From Gonapodya sp. JEL0774 (lineage: Eukaryota): 64,000 nt of DNA. The stretch lies in NCBI GenBank assembly GCA_027604505.1, contig JADIIX010000002.1, positions 124,001-188,000 on the forward strand. Direction: 5' to 3'. Below are positions 50,664 to 62,196 of the stretch, piece by piece. Both the position numbers and the translations under genes were made by a program. The notes under the pieces were generated by a model, which worked only from the letters and a program-made list of their open reading frames with translations, was not told the origin of the DNA and ran no database searches. Numbering within the stretch: position 1 is the first letter of the stretch; every line of letters starts with the position of its first letter.

Positions 50664-52515
50664 ATGCCGCCATCGCGACCGGCGCTACTTCCCACGGTCC
50701 ATCGGAACTATACTGTGACCGATGATGACGCAGTCGACCACGGCAACGCGAGCCACTTGGTAGTTGCAGCCAGCTCCATCGCGGAGAATCTGTCCTCCCA
50801 TATCTCGAATGCTGCCGCCTCTCTCTCTGCCACAGCATCCCATCTGGCCACGTCCGCACATACGACATCCGACGATGCTCGAAACCGAATACAATCGGTC
50901 GGTGAAGGTGTCGCTACGCGAATAACCTATGTGGGGGAAGGAGTTGTTTCAGGAATTTCGCATGCCGCGACGGCGATGACAGGACTCGTTTCGAACACCG
51001 TGACAGGACTTGTGGACGCAACCCGTGATGCTGCCGAAGATTTTTCCCATTTCCAGGACCCTGCTCAGCCGTGTATTCTATCAGCGCATTCAGAAGTACG
51101 CCGAAGTCGGCGACCACTCACAACGGAGATGTCAGCACCTGCTAACTGTATTGAGCCATCCCCCGAAGACATCAAAGTGATTGAACAACTCGACGATACA
51201 AAAGAAGTCGGGAAGTTCTCGGACACTTTTGATGGTACTGTAGTCTTGAGCAGGGTCGCAACGCCGGACATTATGGTGACCTCAGCCGAAACTATCTACG
51301 AAGCAGACGAGAATGGTAAGGTAGTGGACGTATCAGGAGAGGTGTTGCATCCGTGGGGATCTGGACTGCAAGTTGGCGAAGTGCCCCGAACGTGGAAATT
51401 GTACAGCTCGGAGGAGGTCCCCGAATGGCTGAGGGAGCGTTTCATTCTCAGAGGGTACCGCGTCTACACAACAAACTATCAAAATTGGCGGTCTATATTC
51501 CGATGGCATAATGAAACACTCAACATTCACTCGCATATGCTCGCGATGCTTGGAACTTTAGCGGCAGCGGGAATCATCATTTCTAGATTGGAACCCAACT
51601 CGGATGTAGGAGATCGAGTTATTTTTGCCCTGTATTTGGCCGGCGCAGTGTTTTGCTTTGGAGCGAGGTGAGTTCCATCGAAGCTAAGGGCTAAAAGTTT
51701 GATTATCCCAGTGTATGACTTGCGCTATTTCTTCTCAAACTTTTAGTTTCCTGTTTCACACAGTAAGTTCTCAATCCCATTTGAGTTATCGCCAAGCTTA
51801 TCGAGGGGCATGATTCGCGTTTCCAGCACTTTCCCCATTCCCGCGAGTCATTCCACAAATTTTGCTCCCTGGATACTAGTGGTATTTCTGTCCTGATTAT
51901 GGCTTCCACCGCTATCATGTGGTTAGTTGTTGACCTCTTGGTTCCGACGACCGCCCACCGTTCACGGGGATAATTACCCATATGCTCATTTGATTTCGAC
52001 AGTTACTACTTTTTCTACTGCCAACCGGTCGTCCGAGCCGTTTACCTTGGCATTATAGTCGCGGCAAACTCCGTGGGCATCCTCGGCCCTCTTTCGAAAA
52101 CTTGGACCACACCTGGATTCCGTATACTCAGGGTCTCTGTATTCTTAGGTTCCGCGGCCCTTTCATGTCTCCCAATCTTCCATTACGTAGTGGTCTATGG
52201 ACTGCCCGAAGCGGGAGAGTGGATGCATTACGCAGGCATCATGCTCGGATTCTACTTGAGCGGGGCCTTTATTTACTTAATGCGGTGAGTCTAGAATGTC
52301 CCCGCGTCTCCTCAATCCAGTTCGTTTGATTATGTACCAATTTGATCTACTCTTGAAGATTCCCGGAGCGGTGGAGTCCGGGCACTTTCGATTATGTCGG
52401 TCACTCGCATACGATCTGGCACTGTTTCATAGTTGCCGCGGCGTGGTGTCATTACTTGAGCGCCTTAGAATTGCACCGGTTTAGACTAAAGGGCGAATTT
52501 TGTAGTCACCCTTAG
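50664..52515 (+). CDS. PAQR/hemolysin-III family membrane protein (AdipoR/Izh-like)
   Basis: EVPEWLRERFILRGYR...SIFRWHNETLNIHSH, CFGAS-FLFHT, LDTSGISVLI, FYCQP, R|IPERWSPGTFDYVGHSHTIWHCFIV. Confidence 0.92.
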
Positions 52516-52670
52516 TTTCAATTTTCCTTCGCTAATCACACAATATCGTACAGTTGGTTTTGAAAACGTGTGCATACGAACAAGTACAGTGAAAGAGTTC
52601 ACGGCACGGTAAAGTATGAAGGGGCGGACAAGGACCTAATGCAAAAGGCACCTCCATTCCGACCTCAACA

Positions 52671-55102
52671 TCACAAATCTCTCACCGGCTTCACGCCCTC
52701 CCTCCTCATGATTTCCTTGGCTAACTTCTCGCTCCCAACAGCCCTCTCAAGCGCTTCAACGAAGACCTCTTGAGAGACCCCTCGCTGACGCAGGAAGTGC
52801 GCGTGCGCGAGGAAGGGAAGACGTCGGAGGGAGCGCCCAGAAAGCTGAAGGTTGGAACACAGTTCTGCAATGCTTGCCAAACGGAGACTGGCGGAGTGCG
52901 AGGGATCAGATATGTCCCGGAAGAGCTGGAAACGGGGTGCAGGTATCATAACACTCATCTCTCAATGGTATTTATTACGTGGTACCACATTACCTCAACT
53001 CCTTTCCAGTCAAGTATCTCACCACCAGCCTTGATGATGCCTGTTCGAACGAGCTCCGTGATGCAGGAGCGGAGGATCGCGTAAACAGCGCGAATAGTTG
53101 GAGGACCGACTGGAAATTCATTGTGGCGCGTCCGGGAATTGAGGGACATGAACAATGAAAGGAGGTGCGTGAAACAAAGCCACAGAGGACGTTTTTGAGA
53201 CGCCAAGAAACTGACTGTAGTGCTTGATATCGGCTCGATCGACAAAGGCTAGATCTTTTTGTCAAGCGAACGGTTTCCACAGGTTTAAGGATCACAAGAA
53301 AACGGGTCCCATCCCGGTGAGTAACTTGGTAACTTACCAATCGCCTCAGTAACGTTGGAGGTGGTCACTATCAGCACATTCTTTTTCTTCTTTATCTGGT
53401 CGATTTGAGTCAAAAGCGCATTCACGACTATCACCATGTTAATCCGTCAGCCCCGAATCAAAAATTGATCCAGTCTAGCTCCACTCACCGCGCACTGCAT
53501 CACTGGGCTCACTTCCACCGATCGCCGCACGACGTGCAGCAGTGAGGGACTCCACTTCGTCGATGAGCACGGTCACAAAAGCATCTTCATCTGCAGCGAG
53601 CTCTGCGATGGTGCCAAACCTAGATGTGATAGGAATATTGGGACCGAGGTCACGCGCAATGAGCGGAGTCGCACATTTTACATTTTCATGACCAGTTTTC
53701 TGGGAGTCCGGGCGAGAGGGATCAGTAAGAGAGCAAATCAAACACCTCACTCCTGCCGCCAGATCGTTGCGTGCAGCTTGTCACCCACCCAGATTCCGAG
53801 AACCATTTTGAGAACAGAGAGTGCGAGTTGATTTCTACAAGCTTCCCGTACGCGTACCGTGCACCCAGCCGAATGGAAAGCTTGTGTGCCAGGGCTCGAC
53901 AGAGAGATGTCTTGCCAGTCCCTGTGGGTGATGGTGGAAGGGTGGTGTGGCCCGCATCTTTGACAGTGACTCTCAACCAACCAAGATACAGGGAGCATAC
54001 CAGGTGGTCCATAAAGGAGAACAACTCGGTTCCAGGAAATGATGTTTGGATCTACAGCGCAATCTGTTGAGCGGTGTTCATAGTGTTGAAGCGGGTGGCA
54101 GACGAGACAAAGTTTATACAAGTATGAACAGTCGGAGTATTGTCGAAAACAACAAGACTATCTGTTGACGCACCTGAGAAGTCCATGGTTGTAGAGACGT
54201 AATCTAGCAGACGAGCTGACTCAGAGTGAAATTCACCAGTGTGATAATCATGATCAGAAATCTCCTGAACTTATTGCGACGGAGACTTCTCCATGTCGCA
54301 AATATGAAAATAGATGGGTGCTTCAACACTCACTCTGAATTTGGTCGTCGTAAACAAGTGATTCCCACACGCCTTCGAGGGTACGAGAGGGCAGGACTTG
54401 AGGGTGGGGTCCGAGAAAGTGTTAAGTGAAGCGAGAAATGGCGCTCTTCCATATCAATCACATCAATCGCCACTCACTGAGATGGTGACTCGTCATTACG
54501 TTCTCATCTTCATTAACTTCTTCGACTGGCTCGTCATCAGACAGTTGGTAGACGTGGACCGCAACACTGCAAGTTCTGAGTACAATCTCGTCATCGAGTG
54601 CGGACACAGGGATCGCATCCGAATGGGAGGTTGGGTGAAGTTTTGCGGATAATGAAATCGAAGACAAGAGAGCTTGGGTGGGTAGGGTAACCGGGGAGGG
54701 ATTCGAGAGAAAGGCACCGCCTGTGCATTCACATATGCGGATAGCCTCGACGTCACGAGCAAACGACAGAGACTCAACGCGATCGCGAGATAGGGTGGTG
54801 TTTAGCGGTACAGCTGCTTTGACGGAAGGGCAGAACTTCGTATTGCCAACGAAGCTACGAGTCAAGTTCAGAGCACCTTGAACGAACCACCCCAGTTTTC
54901 CCTCAGCCAACTCTCAATATTTGCAGCCACGTGTTCGTATTTCAATGTGGACTCTGGTTTTAGACAGCACCTTCGGTACCAATCCCAAATCAACGTGGAA
55001 ACCTGCTTAGAGTCTTGGTTGAAGGAAACAGGCAACCACTACGAACTCGACTTGTAATGTGGGGAACAAGCTTGACATAAGAGTATCCTCAACTCGTTCC
55101 AT
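52671..55102 (-). CDS. PCH2: Pachytene checkpoint AAA+ ATPase (TRIP13)
   Basis: [81 protein letters not shown]...[32 protein letters not shown]. The start is approximate. Confidence 0.93.
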
Positions 55103-55211
55103 GGGGTCCGAATGCCCGTTGACTGAAATCATTTGATTCGCTAACGTCGCTTGTGAGGATGGTCATGGTGCCGGGGTCAGGTGAAGACTGCAGCTCTTCT
55201 CTTTTGTCACC

Positions 55212-56175
55212 ATGTCAGTATACGGAGTAACGGCGGAAAATGCGGAAAACGATGTAGAAATCGAGAAGCAGTGGGCAGTCAAGGTTCGTTGAACATCTTT
55301 GTGTGCTGATGGGGCGTTGGTTGCCTTGGACCTGACGAAGCATCGGCGACGTTGGTCCCATCAGGCCTTCCACCATGCAGAAACTTACATGAAGCTTATC
55401 AAAAATCTCCCACCTCGCAAAATGAAGCTTACACCGTGGGTTGTATGAGCCTTGTATGACAGCAGTTGATGACCTTGTGTTTCACCAGTTTCACAATTTG
55501 ACTCATCGAACTGTCCGCTCCAGTATTGACAATGAAATCTACGAAGGTTTGTTATGTGTTCGTGCTACCCCTGGTTTTGTTCCATCTGAAGCGAGTTGCT
55601 AGTTTGATTCACCCCCACTTCACTATTCACACATATGCGTCAGATTTTCGGCGCACATTCCCCTCGTTTCCCCTCTCACCTATATCTATTGAGCTCCTCA
55701 AAAGTGAATCCGCGAAAACTCAGTGGCGCGAATTCATAAATCGGTACGAAAAGAAAGTCCAGGACTTCAACTTTGGAACCCTCCTCAGAATTGACAGCAC
55801 GGGTGATTACGACGAAGAAAACACGACATTTGGTAAGTTTTCCCGCTCTCACGAAGCCTATTTGGCTGCTGTGTGGTCAAGCGGATTTAAGCGACCACTG
55901 GAGTTTCCAAGAAGGACAGCGCAGGTCGAACGAAAGTGGCATTCAAAGAACTTGCATGGTAGATTGCGAAATTCGTGTGGATATGCGATCTTCCCACAAA
56001 CGAGTCACGTCGCCGCGGTCTCCCCTATCAGTATGCAAGTGCCCGTCTCACACGTCGCCTCTGTTCCGTCAACCCTGTTCTAGTCACCCGCCTCCAATTC
56101 TTTGCAATAGAAATTGCGCGGTGTCGAGAAGGGGCGAACGATGCCATTTTTGCGAATAAGCAGTCAGAGAGTTAG
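55212..56175 (+). CDS. PBDC1/DUF757 (yeast YPL225W-like) protein
   Basis: AENAENDVEIEKQWAVK|AFHHAETY...KLT..IDNEIYE|DFRRTFP...KSESAKTQWREFINRYEKKVQDFNFGTLLR...|VTRLQFFAIEIARCREGAND. Confidence 0.92.
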
Positions 56176-56559
56176 TAATGAAAAACAGAGGAGGAGGGAA
56201 GGTGCGCTCGTAACGTGGAGTGACAAGGTCTCTGGGTGGGTGCCATGGGTAGCCACGCAAAAATGTGTGGTTTGATGGGACGGTGTTAATATTGGGGGGC
56301 TAACTTCCCAATGCGATAGCTATGTTTCATTTTCTGAAATGCGACATAGAGATGTAACTACATAAGTGGAACACACATAACGTGCAAACATTCTATCCCG
56401 TCTGTGTTCACTTACTGTAAGCTGAGATGCTGACTCTCAACGGTGCCCGACATGAAAATTGTTTTGCCAGGAAGTTACTTGCACATTGTGCCCCAATCGC
56501 CCCCAATGGCCCCAGTACAAGGGTTGGCGCACCCCAGCCAATGTCCGCTGCACCTCCCC

Positions 56560-59500
56560 CTATAATTTCGCATCTACTACTCTGTCCCCCGCATCTTCAT
56601 AACTGAACCCCCAGTTTTCCGGGTCATTGCCGCTCACCAACACCGCAGCGCGCGCCCGGTTGCTCCGGCCCAAGACACGTTGGGCAAGGGATACCAAGTC
56701 GGAGAGGCCGTACGCTTCGAGGACTTTAATCCTGGTGGAGAGGATGTTGAAGTCTGCGTTCTTTTGGGGTTGGAAATGTGCATACAAAGGCGGTGCAAAG
56801 GAGTTCGTGAACAAGAAGAGGCAACGACGAGTTCGAGGAGTAACTACACCTAATCTCACCTCCTCAAAAGCCACGTGAGCCAGGTATCGTTCCTTGCCCG
56901 CTAAATTATCGTACGGATTCCGCAGGCGATCCAACACAGAGGCCTTGAGAGTCTCAAATCGCTCTCCTGAGTTTGGAAGATCCCTCAAGAACGTCTCGAG
57001 AAAGAGCTCGATGCGGGCGAGAAGGTCGCTGTTTGGGTTGCAAAAGGCGTTGGTTGCACATTCCCGCACTGAAGAACCCTGAATGGGATGACATCTCACC
57101 GGGGGTCGTGCGAGTTCGACTGAACAGAAGTTTGCACAAACAGTCGTTGGTTTGCGGCGGTAATGGTACCCGAATGGACCAGATAGCCGGTCCTGGCAGA
57201 GTGATGGATGATCCAGCATCGAACATGACAAAGTGAGTGTTAATGCCTGCGCTACTGGTATATAATTTGAAAAAAGAGAAAACACCCACTGCTGAACCGT
57301 CCTCAATTCGGAGTAAAACGGCTCCTTCAGGAGCTTCCCAAGAAGCTCCACCCCAGTGGAGAGCTCCACTGTCTTGGGCCCACAGTCCACAATCCACGCG
57401 ATCGCATTCCCCTTTACATCAAGTTGCATGCGTCGAAGCTGAGGACGACTGGTGGAGAGGGGAACCACCTCCGTTCTGCATCGAAGGATCGAGCCACTTT
57501 TGAAATCAACAAAGAAGGAATGCTGCTCGCCAGAGCACCATAAACTAACCGCTTCACATCAGACTTGGAACAAGCATCCCCACCAAGCTTGTGTAGCAAT
57601 AGCTCATAAGCAGCGACTCCCGACTCCGGGACCAGATTTCCACCAACATAAGCCTCGACAAAATGCTGGCGGTACAATGTCCCAATAAAGGCAGCAAGAT
57701 CGTCGAAGGTGATTTTGTCAATGGCTTCCGAAAGGTCACGTGTGAGGGAGAACTGTTTATAGCTACAGGCCATAAAATTATGTCCATTTCAATAACGAAC
57801 TCTGCAGACATGCATCATCTCACATTATTTGCGATATAGCTTCAAATGCCTGCTTCACTGGCGGATCTTTTGCAGCGTTCTTATAATCTCTTGACAGACT
57901 GTCCTTGAATATGTCGAACTCCCGGGCCGTCGGTTGCGGATCCACGAGTCGATCCAACACGGTTGCCAACAGTTTGTCGGCTTTCTGAGAGTAGCCGGAA
58001 ATAGATACGCTGATCCCAAGAGACTGGAAAATGGAAACGTCGTAACTGCCAACACAATCTTTCATCTTGAGCCTTCGAACACGTCAGAGCACATGGTTGC
58101 AGGGACAAAACTCACCCAAGGCCCGCGTAGTGTGCGGGATACGATATTTGGTTGAGACGGTCGTGGACGAACTTTAGGTACAGATCCGCCAAAACAAGCG
58201 ACCTAGGATTGTCTGGTCGTATGGCCGGCGTCTTAATGGCGAAGGAGTAGCTCAGCTCTGGCACCCAGAATTCATCATCCCCATGGTACCACAGCTGACC
58301 ATGTGATTCATCACGAAGAAGAACCGGGATCATAGTGGCAGATGTTGGATGAGGTTCCCTCTCAGACACCGCTGGAATCTCTGCGGGTGGTTCGCGTACT
58401 AATCGCAAATTGTCCGGAATGAATGGATTCGGATTTGGATAGCGAAGCTCTAAGTGATTGCCTGCAGACTTCCAGCGAGAGAGTTGGTCTGACGAGAATG
58501 GCACCAGGGTGTACCGCGCTTCCATCCATTGTTCCTTGCGATCGAATTCAGGGGGTTTGAAGCCGCCTTCCGCGATGTTATCTTTGGCCACGACAGTTAT
58601 TACGCAAGTGTCAGGTACGAGTTCATCCAAGAGGTTGCGAATTTCGACCGGGTCGTATTTTGTGATGAAGAGCGATTTCTGAGGGAAAGTAGAGAGGTCC
58701 TCTTTCCGGAGGAGTCCCGCATACCGCGTCGCCAAACCTCGAGAGCGCTATAAGATAGGGGTGGGGTCAAAGCAATCAATGCTGAAGCAGGTTGTGGGGG
58801 TACACTCACTTGCTGGAACTTGTAATGAGTCTCAGCAACCAGATTTAACTCGTCGAATAGGTATTTGGGATATTCTCCAAGTAGCCGGATCGACTGTATT
58901 GCTTGAAAAATGAATTCGACCACTGCCTCCCGGTTCGCAAGTCCGTGTTCCGTCAGTGTTAAGGAGATTTCAAAAAGGTTGTTTTGCGCGCCGAGCTCAG
59001 ATCGCCCGGCAGATAACTCTTCCGCGAGGTGCAGTTTTTTTAGCAGTGCTAACAGGGAATGCTCGCCTTCATGACCGAGAACCTGCAATGCAGTCCATAT
59101 TTAGTGATACGGGAGATGAATGAAAAGAATCCACCCACATGCCCAAGAAGGCTTGCCGGCTTGCTCTCCATGTTTGCATATTGTGATCCTATTTCCCAAG
59201 TCAACGCAAGTTCGCGCAGGTCCTGTTTCCGAAGGTTTAATGTGCAAACATTATTCCTTTCAAACAGAATTTTACCTTCAGCGGTTCGATGTACACCCAA
59301 TTTTTCTTGACGTCTTCTCGAAAAACACGGTCTGGCACTACCAAAGCCGCAGAACCCTGGCTCTTGACTCCCTCAAAGTATTTCGCAACCCACTCTACAA
59401 GAGTTTCCAACTTCTCCTTTCCGACAACAACTAAATTCATTATCTCGGCAGTGTAGTAATTGGCATACCATTCCTTAAGGACGGCAGGGTCGATCTTCTT

Positions 59501-60356
59501 CATGGTCTCCAGGTTTCCAGTGTTGAAGTAGCTGAACGGATGGTTCGGGTCCGATAGATCCTTTCTCACATGGAGGACTCTCCAGCCATCAGACTCGATG
59601 TTCTTCCGATATTCTTGATCTACTGCATTCATTTCTCTGTCCACACAAGACTCGTTGAACAGAGGACTCTTGAAGAACTCCGAGAAACGATCCAACGCGC
59701 CTTCCAGCGCCTTTGGGGTGACCTCAAAGTAGTACAAAGAGTGATCACTAGATGTATATGCATTCATATTACCATTATTGTCGGTAATGTAGCGCTCATA
59801 CTTGTGAGGGAGCATGCCAAAGTTAATGTGGGTCAAACCGGAACACTCATTCAACATTGTTTACCTCGGACTCTTTGGGGTATTTGCTCGTTCCTACGAA
59901 GACATTTTCAAAATGGTAATCACAGGAAGAAAAATGTCCGCCCGGTACTTACCGAGAAAGAGCATGTGCTCGAGGAAGTGGGCAGTTCCCTCATATTGCT
60001 TTTCATCCAACCAGCTGCCTGTCTACGCACAATTAGATCAATTCAATCCCATGCAAGTGAACAGCATCGGTCGAGAGTTGAGGGATTTAGTCTGAACGCT
60101 CAAAACGAACAGCTTGGTGACCAACCTCCACCGCGAGAGCCGCTCCCGACATACTCGTTTGTGGATCCGATATCACATATACTCTCATTCCATTGGACAA
60201 GACTAGTTTAGCTGTCTTCCTCGATTTCAAATTAGGCGTGAGAATGGGTACTGTGAAACGATCTTCACTTTGCGATAACATCTTCAATTGTGGGGGGGGA
60301 GGCTGATGCGGCGATCTAGCGGTTCCGAAAGCAAAGAGCGGTCTTCTGAAGGCCAT
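56560..60356 (-). CDS. M16A zinc metallopeptidase (insulysin/pitrilysin/protease III family)
   Basis: LSNGMRVYVISDP...GAALAVE, inverted zinc motif GTAHFLEHMLFLG, NAYTSSDHSLYYF, ALDRFSEFFKSPLFNESCVDREMNAVDQEY, HPFSYFNTGNLETM, LGHEGEHSLLALLK, PNPNPFIPDNL, SYPAHYAGL, EPFYSELRTVQQ. About ten introns. Confidence 0.92.
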
Positions 60357-60627
60357 AGAGGAAGTGCCGGAGGTTGGTCGTCTCAGGGCAAACCGTGTAA
60401 AGGATTCGAAGGATCTGCACTGAAATGCAGAAGCTGCATTTCCAAGATTTCCGAGGTAAAATGAAAATCCATATCCCCAGTGTTGATGAATTGCCATAAT
60501 CTTCCCTCACCAAGGGGTACAAGTCGTGTTTCCATGGGTTCAGTTTGCACTTCGTTGCGGTCATCGGAGAATATCGCGCACATGACGTTGCACCCCATTT
60601 TCCCAACGCAATCAAGTATGTAATTTC

Positions 60628-62063
60628 CTATATCGCGGAGTTTCTTCTACGCATATACGACGGTACTAATACTGCGTCTTGATTCAGCATACGCTGGCGG
60701 CCCATGCGATCGCACACATCATTTACTCTCGCCAGCTGAACACTCTTCTCCTTTGCTGGGGACATTTGATAGCTTTGATCGAGTAGTCTTCGACTTCCTG
60801 CAGTGTTCAGTTGATTTACCAGGGGTCCAAGTTGCTGAGTCTGCGCGAGCTTATCAGGGAGTCGCGCCCGTTGGTCCACCATTCTTCCGCGAGACATCCG
60901 ATCCACCGTTGCAGATAACTTCCCGATAGCTAATCGTCGCTGCTGTCGGTCTGTGAGGAAAACAGACTGGTTTGCGAGCGGTGCTAACCGGATGAGCCGA
61001 TCGATGACTGCCAATCCAAGCACAAGAAGGAATGAGCACATTCAACATGCCACACGGGAAGCCCATTTAAGTTCGGTACCTGCGAGGAGATCATCATAGT
61101 CTGTCGGAATTGAATCGGAGGTATCGAAAGTCCCATTCTCACGCATTTGTCGCTCAATCAGTGGAGATCGATCATCGGTCATAATGCTAGTGGTTACTGC
61201 CGATGCGTTCTCTGTCGGACAGGGAAGCGATCCAATCGATAACCCGACTGGTTGGATAGGGACAACACGCCGTGATTCGACAATGCTTTGGACAAGAATC
61301 ATCGCTTCATCGACTCTTTTCCAAGCCACCTGCTGCGATTCCGTCATATCTGTGAAATCTATGTGACTTTGAATGGAAAACAAGACGGAGCTGAAATGTA
61401 AACAAATCTCAAATCAGCAAGAAATAAGGTTCCACTTCCCGCTATGGACCCGTCATCTTACGTTGAAAAATGACTTGTTTTGTCCGTGATTTCTGTATTG
61501 GGAGTGCGCCTGGATTCTGATGCAATTCCAGTGGGGGTAAGGACATCGCACCTTGGAGTGAGCGCAGCAAAAACTCTTTCAAGTGCATCTTCTGATGTAC
61601 ATCTCCGCGGATCCTCCTTTCGTGGACTAGCATCAGGAATGATTGTGTCTGTCCTCGTAGAGCTGAGCTCCATAGCGGTGTTTAATGTCTTCAATAAAGA
61701 CGCCAACGCCATCGCTAGAGATCCGTCAGATAATAATACGTGTGACTCGGGCGGAATGGCAGAATTATGGTTATTTGGTCCTTCAGAGCTGAGCTGAGCA
61801 GCGTAATGTGTAAGCGAGTGCTCCATATGTTCCATATCAAAGACTTCTGTGTTGTCCAGAGAGTCAGGAGACTCCCCACATAATCGCTTCAAAAGACTCA
61901 GCAATGATTGAACAGATGTAAGTTGAAGAGATCTTACTGCCCCGGCAAGTGCCACCTACAAGCGCGACAGTCGGAAGAAGTCCGTAAATGCAATCAACGA
62001 CACCAGAAAACTTACGTTGATTTCTCCTTCATCTGTCGCTTTCGAAGAGGACACCTTTGACAT
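60628..62063 (-). CDS. Hypothetical helical protein with C-terminal repeated DR(L/M)...R(L/M)xxQ motifs
   Basis: ATG at 62063 (MSKVSSSKATDEGEIN, then a GTAAGT donor). Three consecutive minus-strand ORFs (61458-61955, 61042-61383, 60628-61041) are bounded by plausible splice sites. No family recognised. Confidence 0.6.
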
Positions 62064-62196
62064 TTCACAATTAATTGTTCAAAGAATTTGCGTGGGAGCA
62101 ATTGGCCTGCGAAGCGAAGACGATCACTTCGCATTTCCCCACTGCCTCGGATAGACCTGGTGCGAAAAGCTTATTACAACCCCTATTCAACATAAT

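Noticed and set aside
56489..56560. Short GCCCC(C)AAT-like repeats downstream of the peptidase
   Set aside because: Only three or four degenerate units in a 3' region; not a telomeric or recognisable regulatory array.
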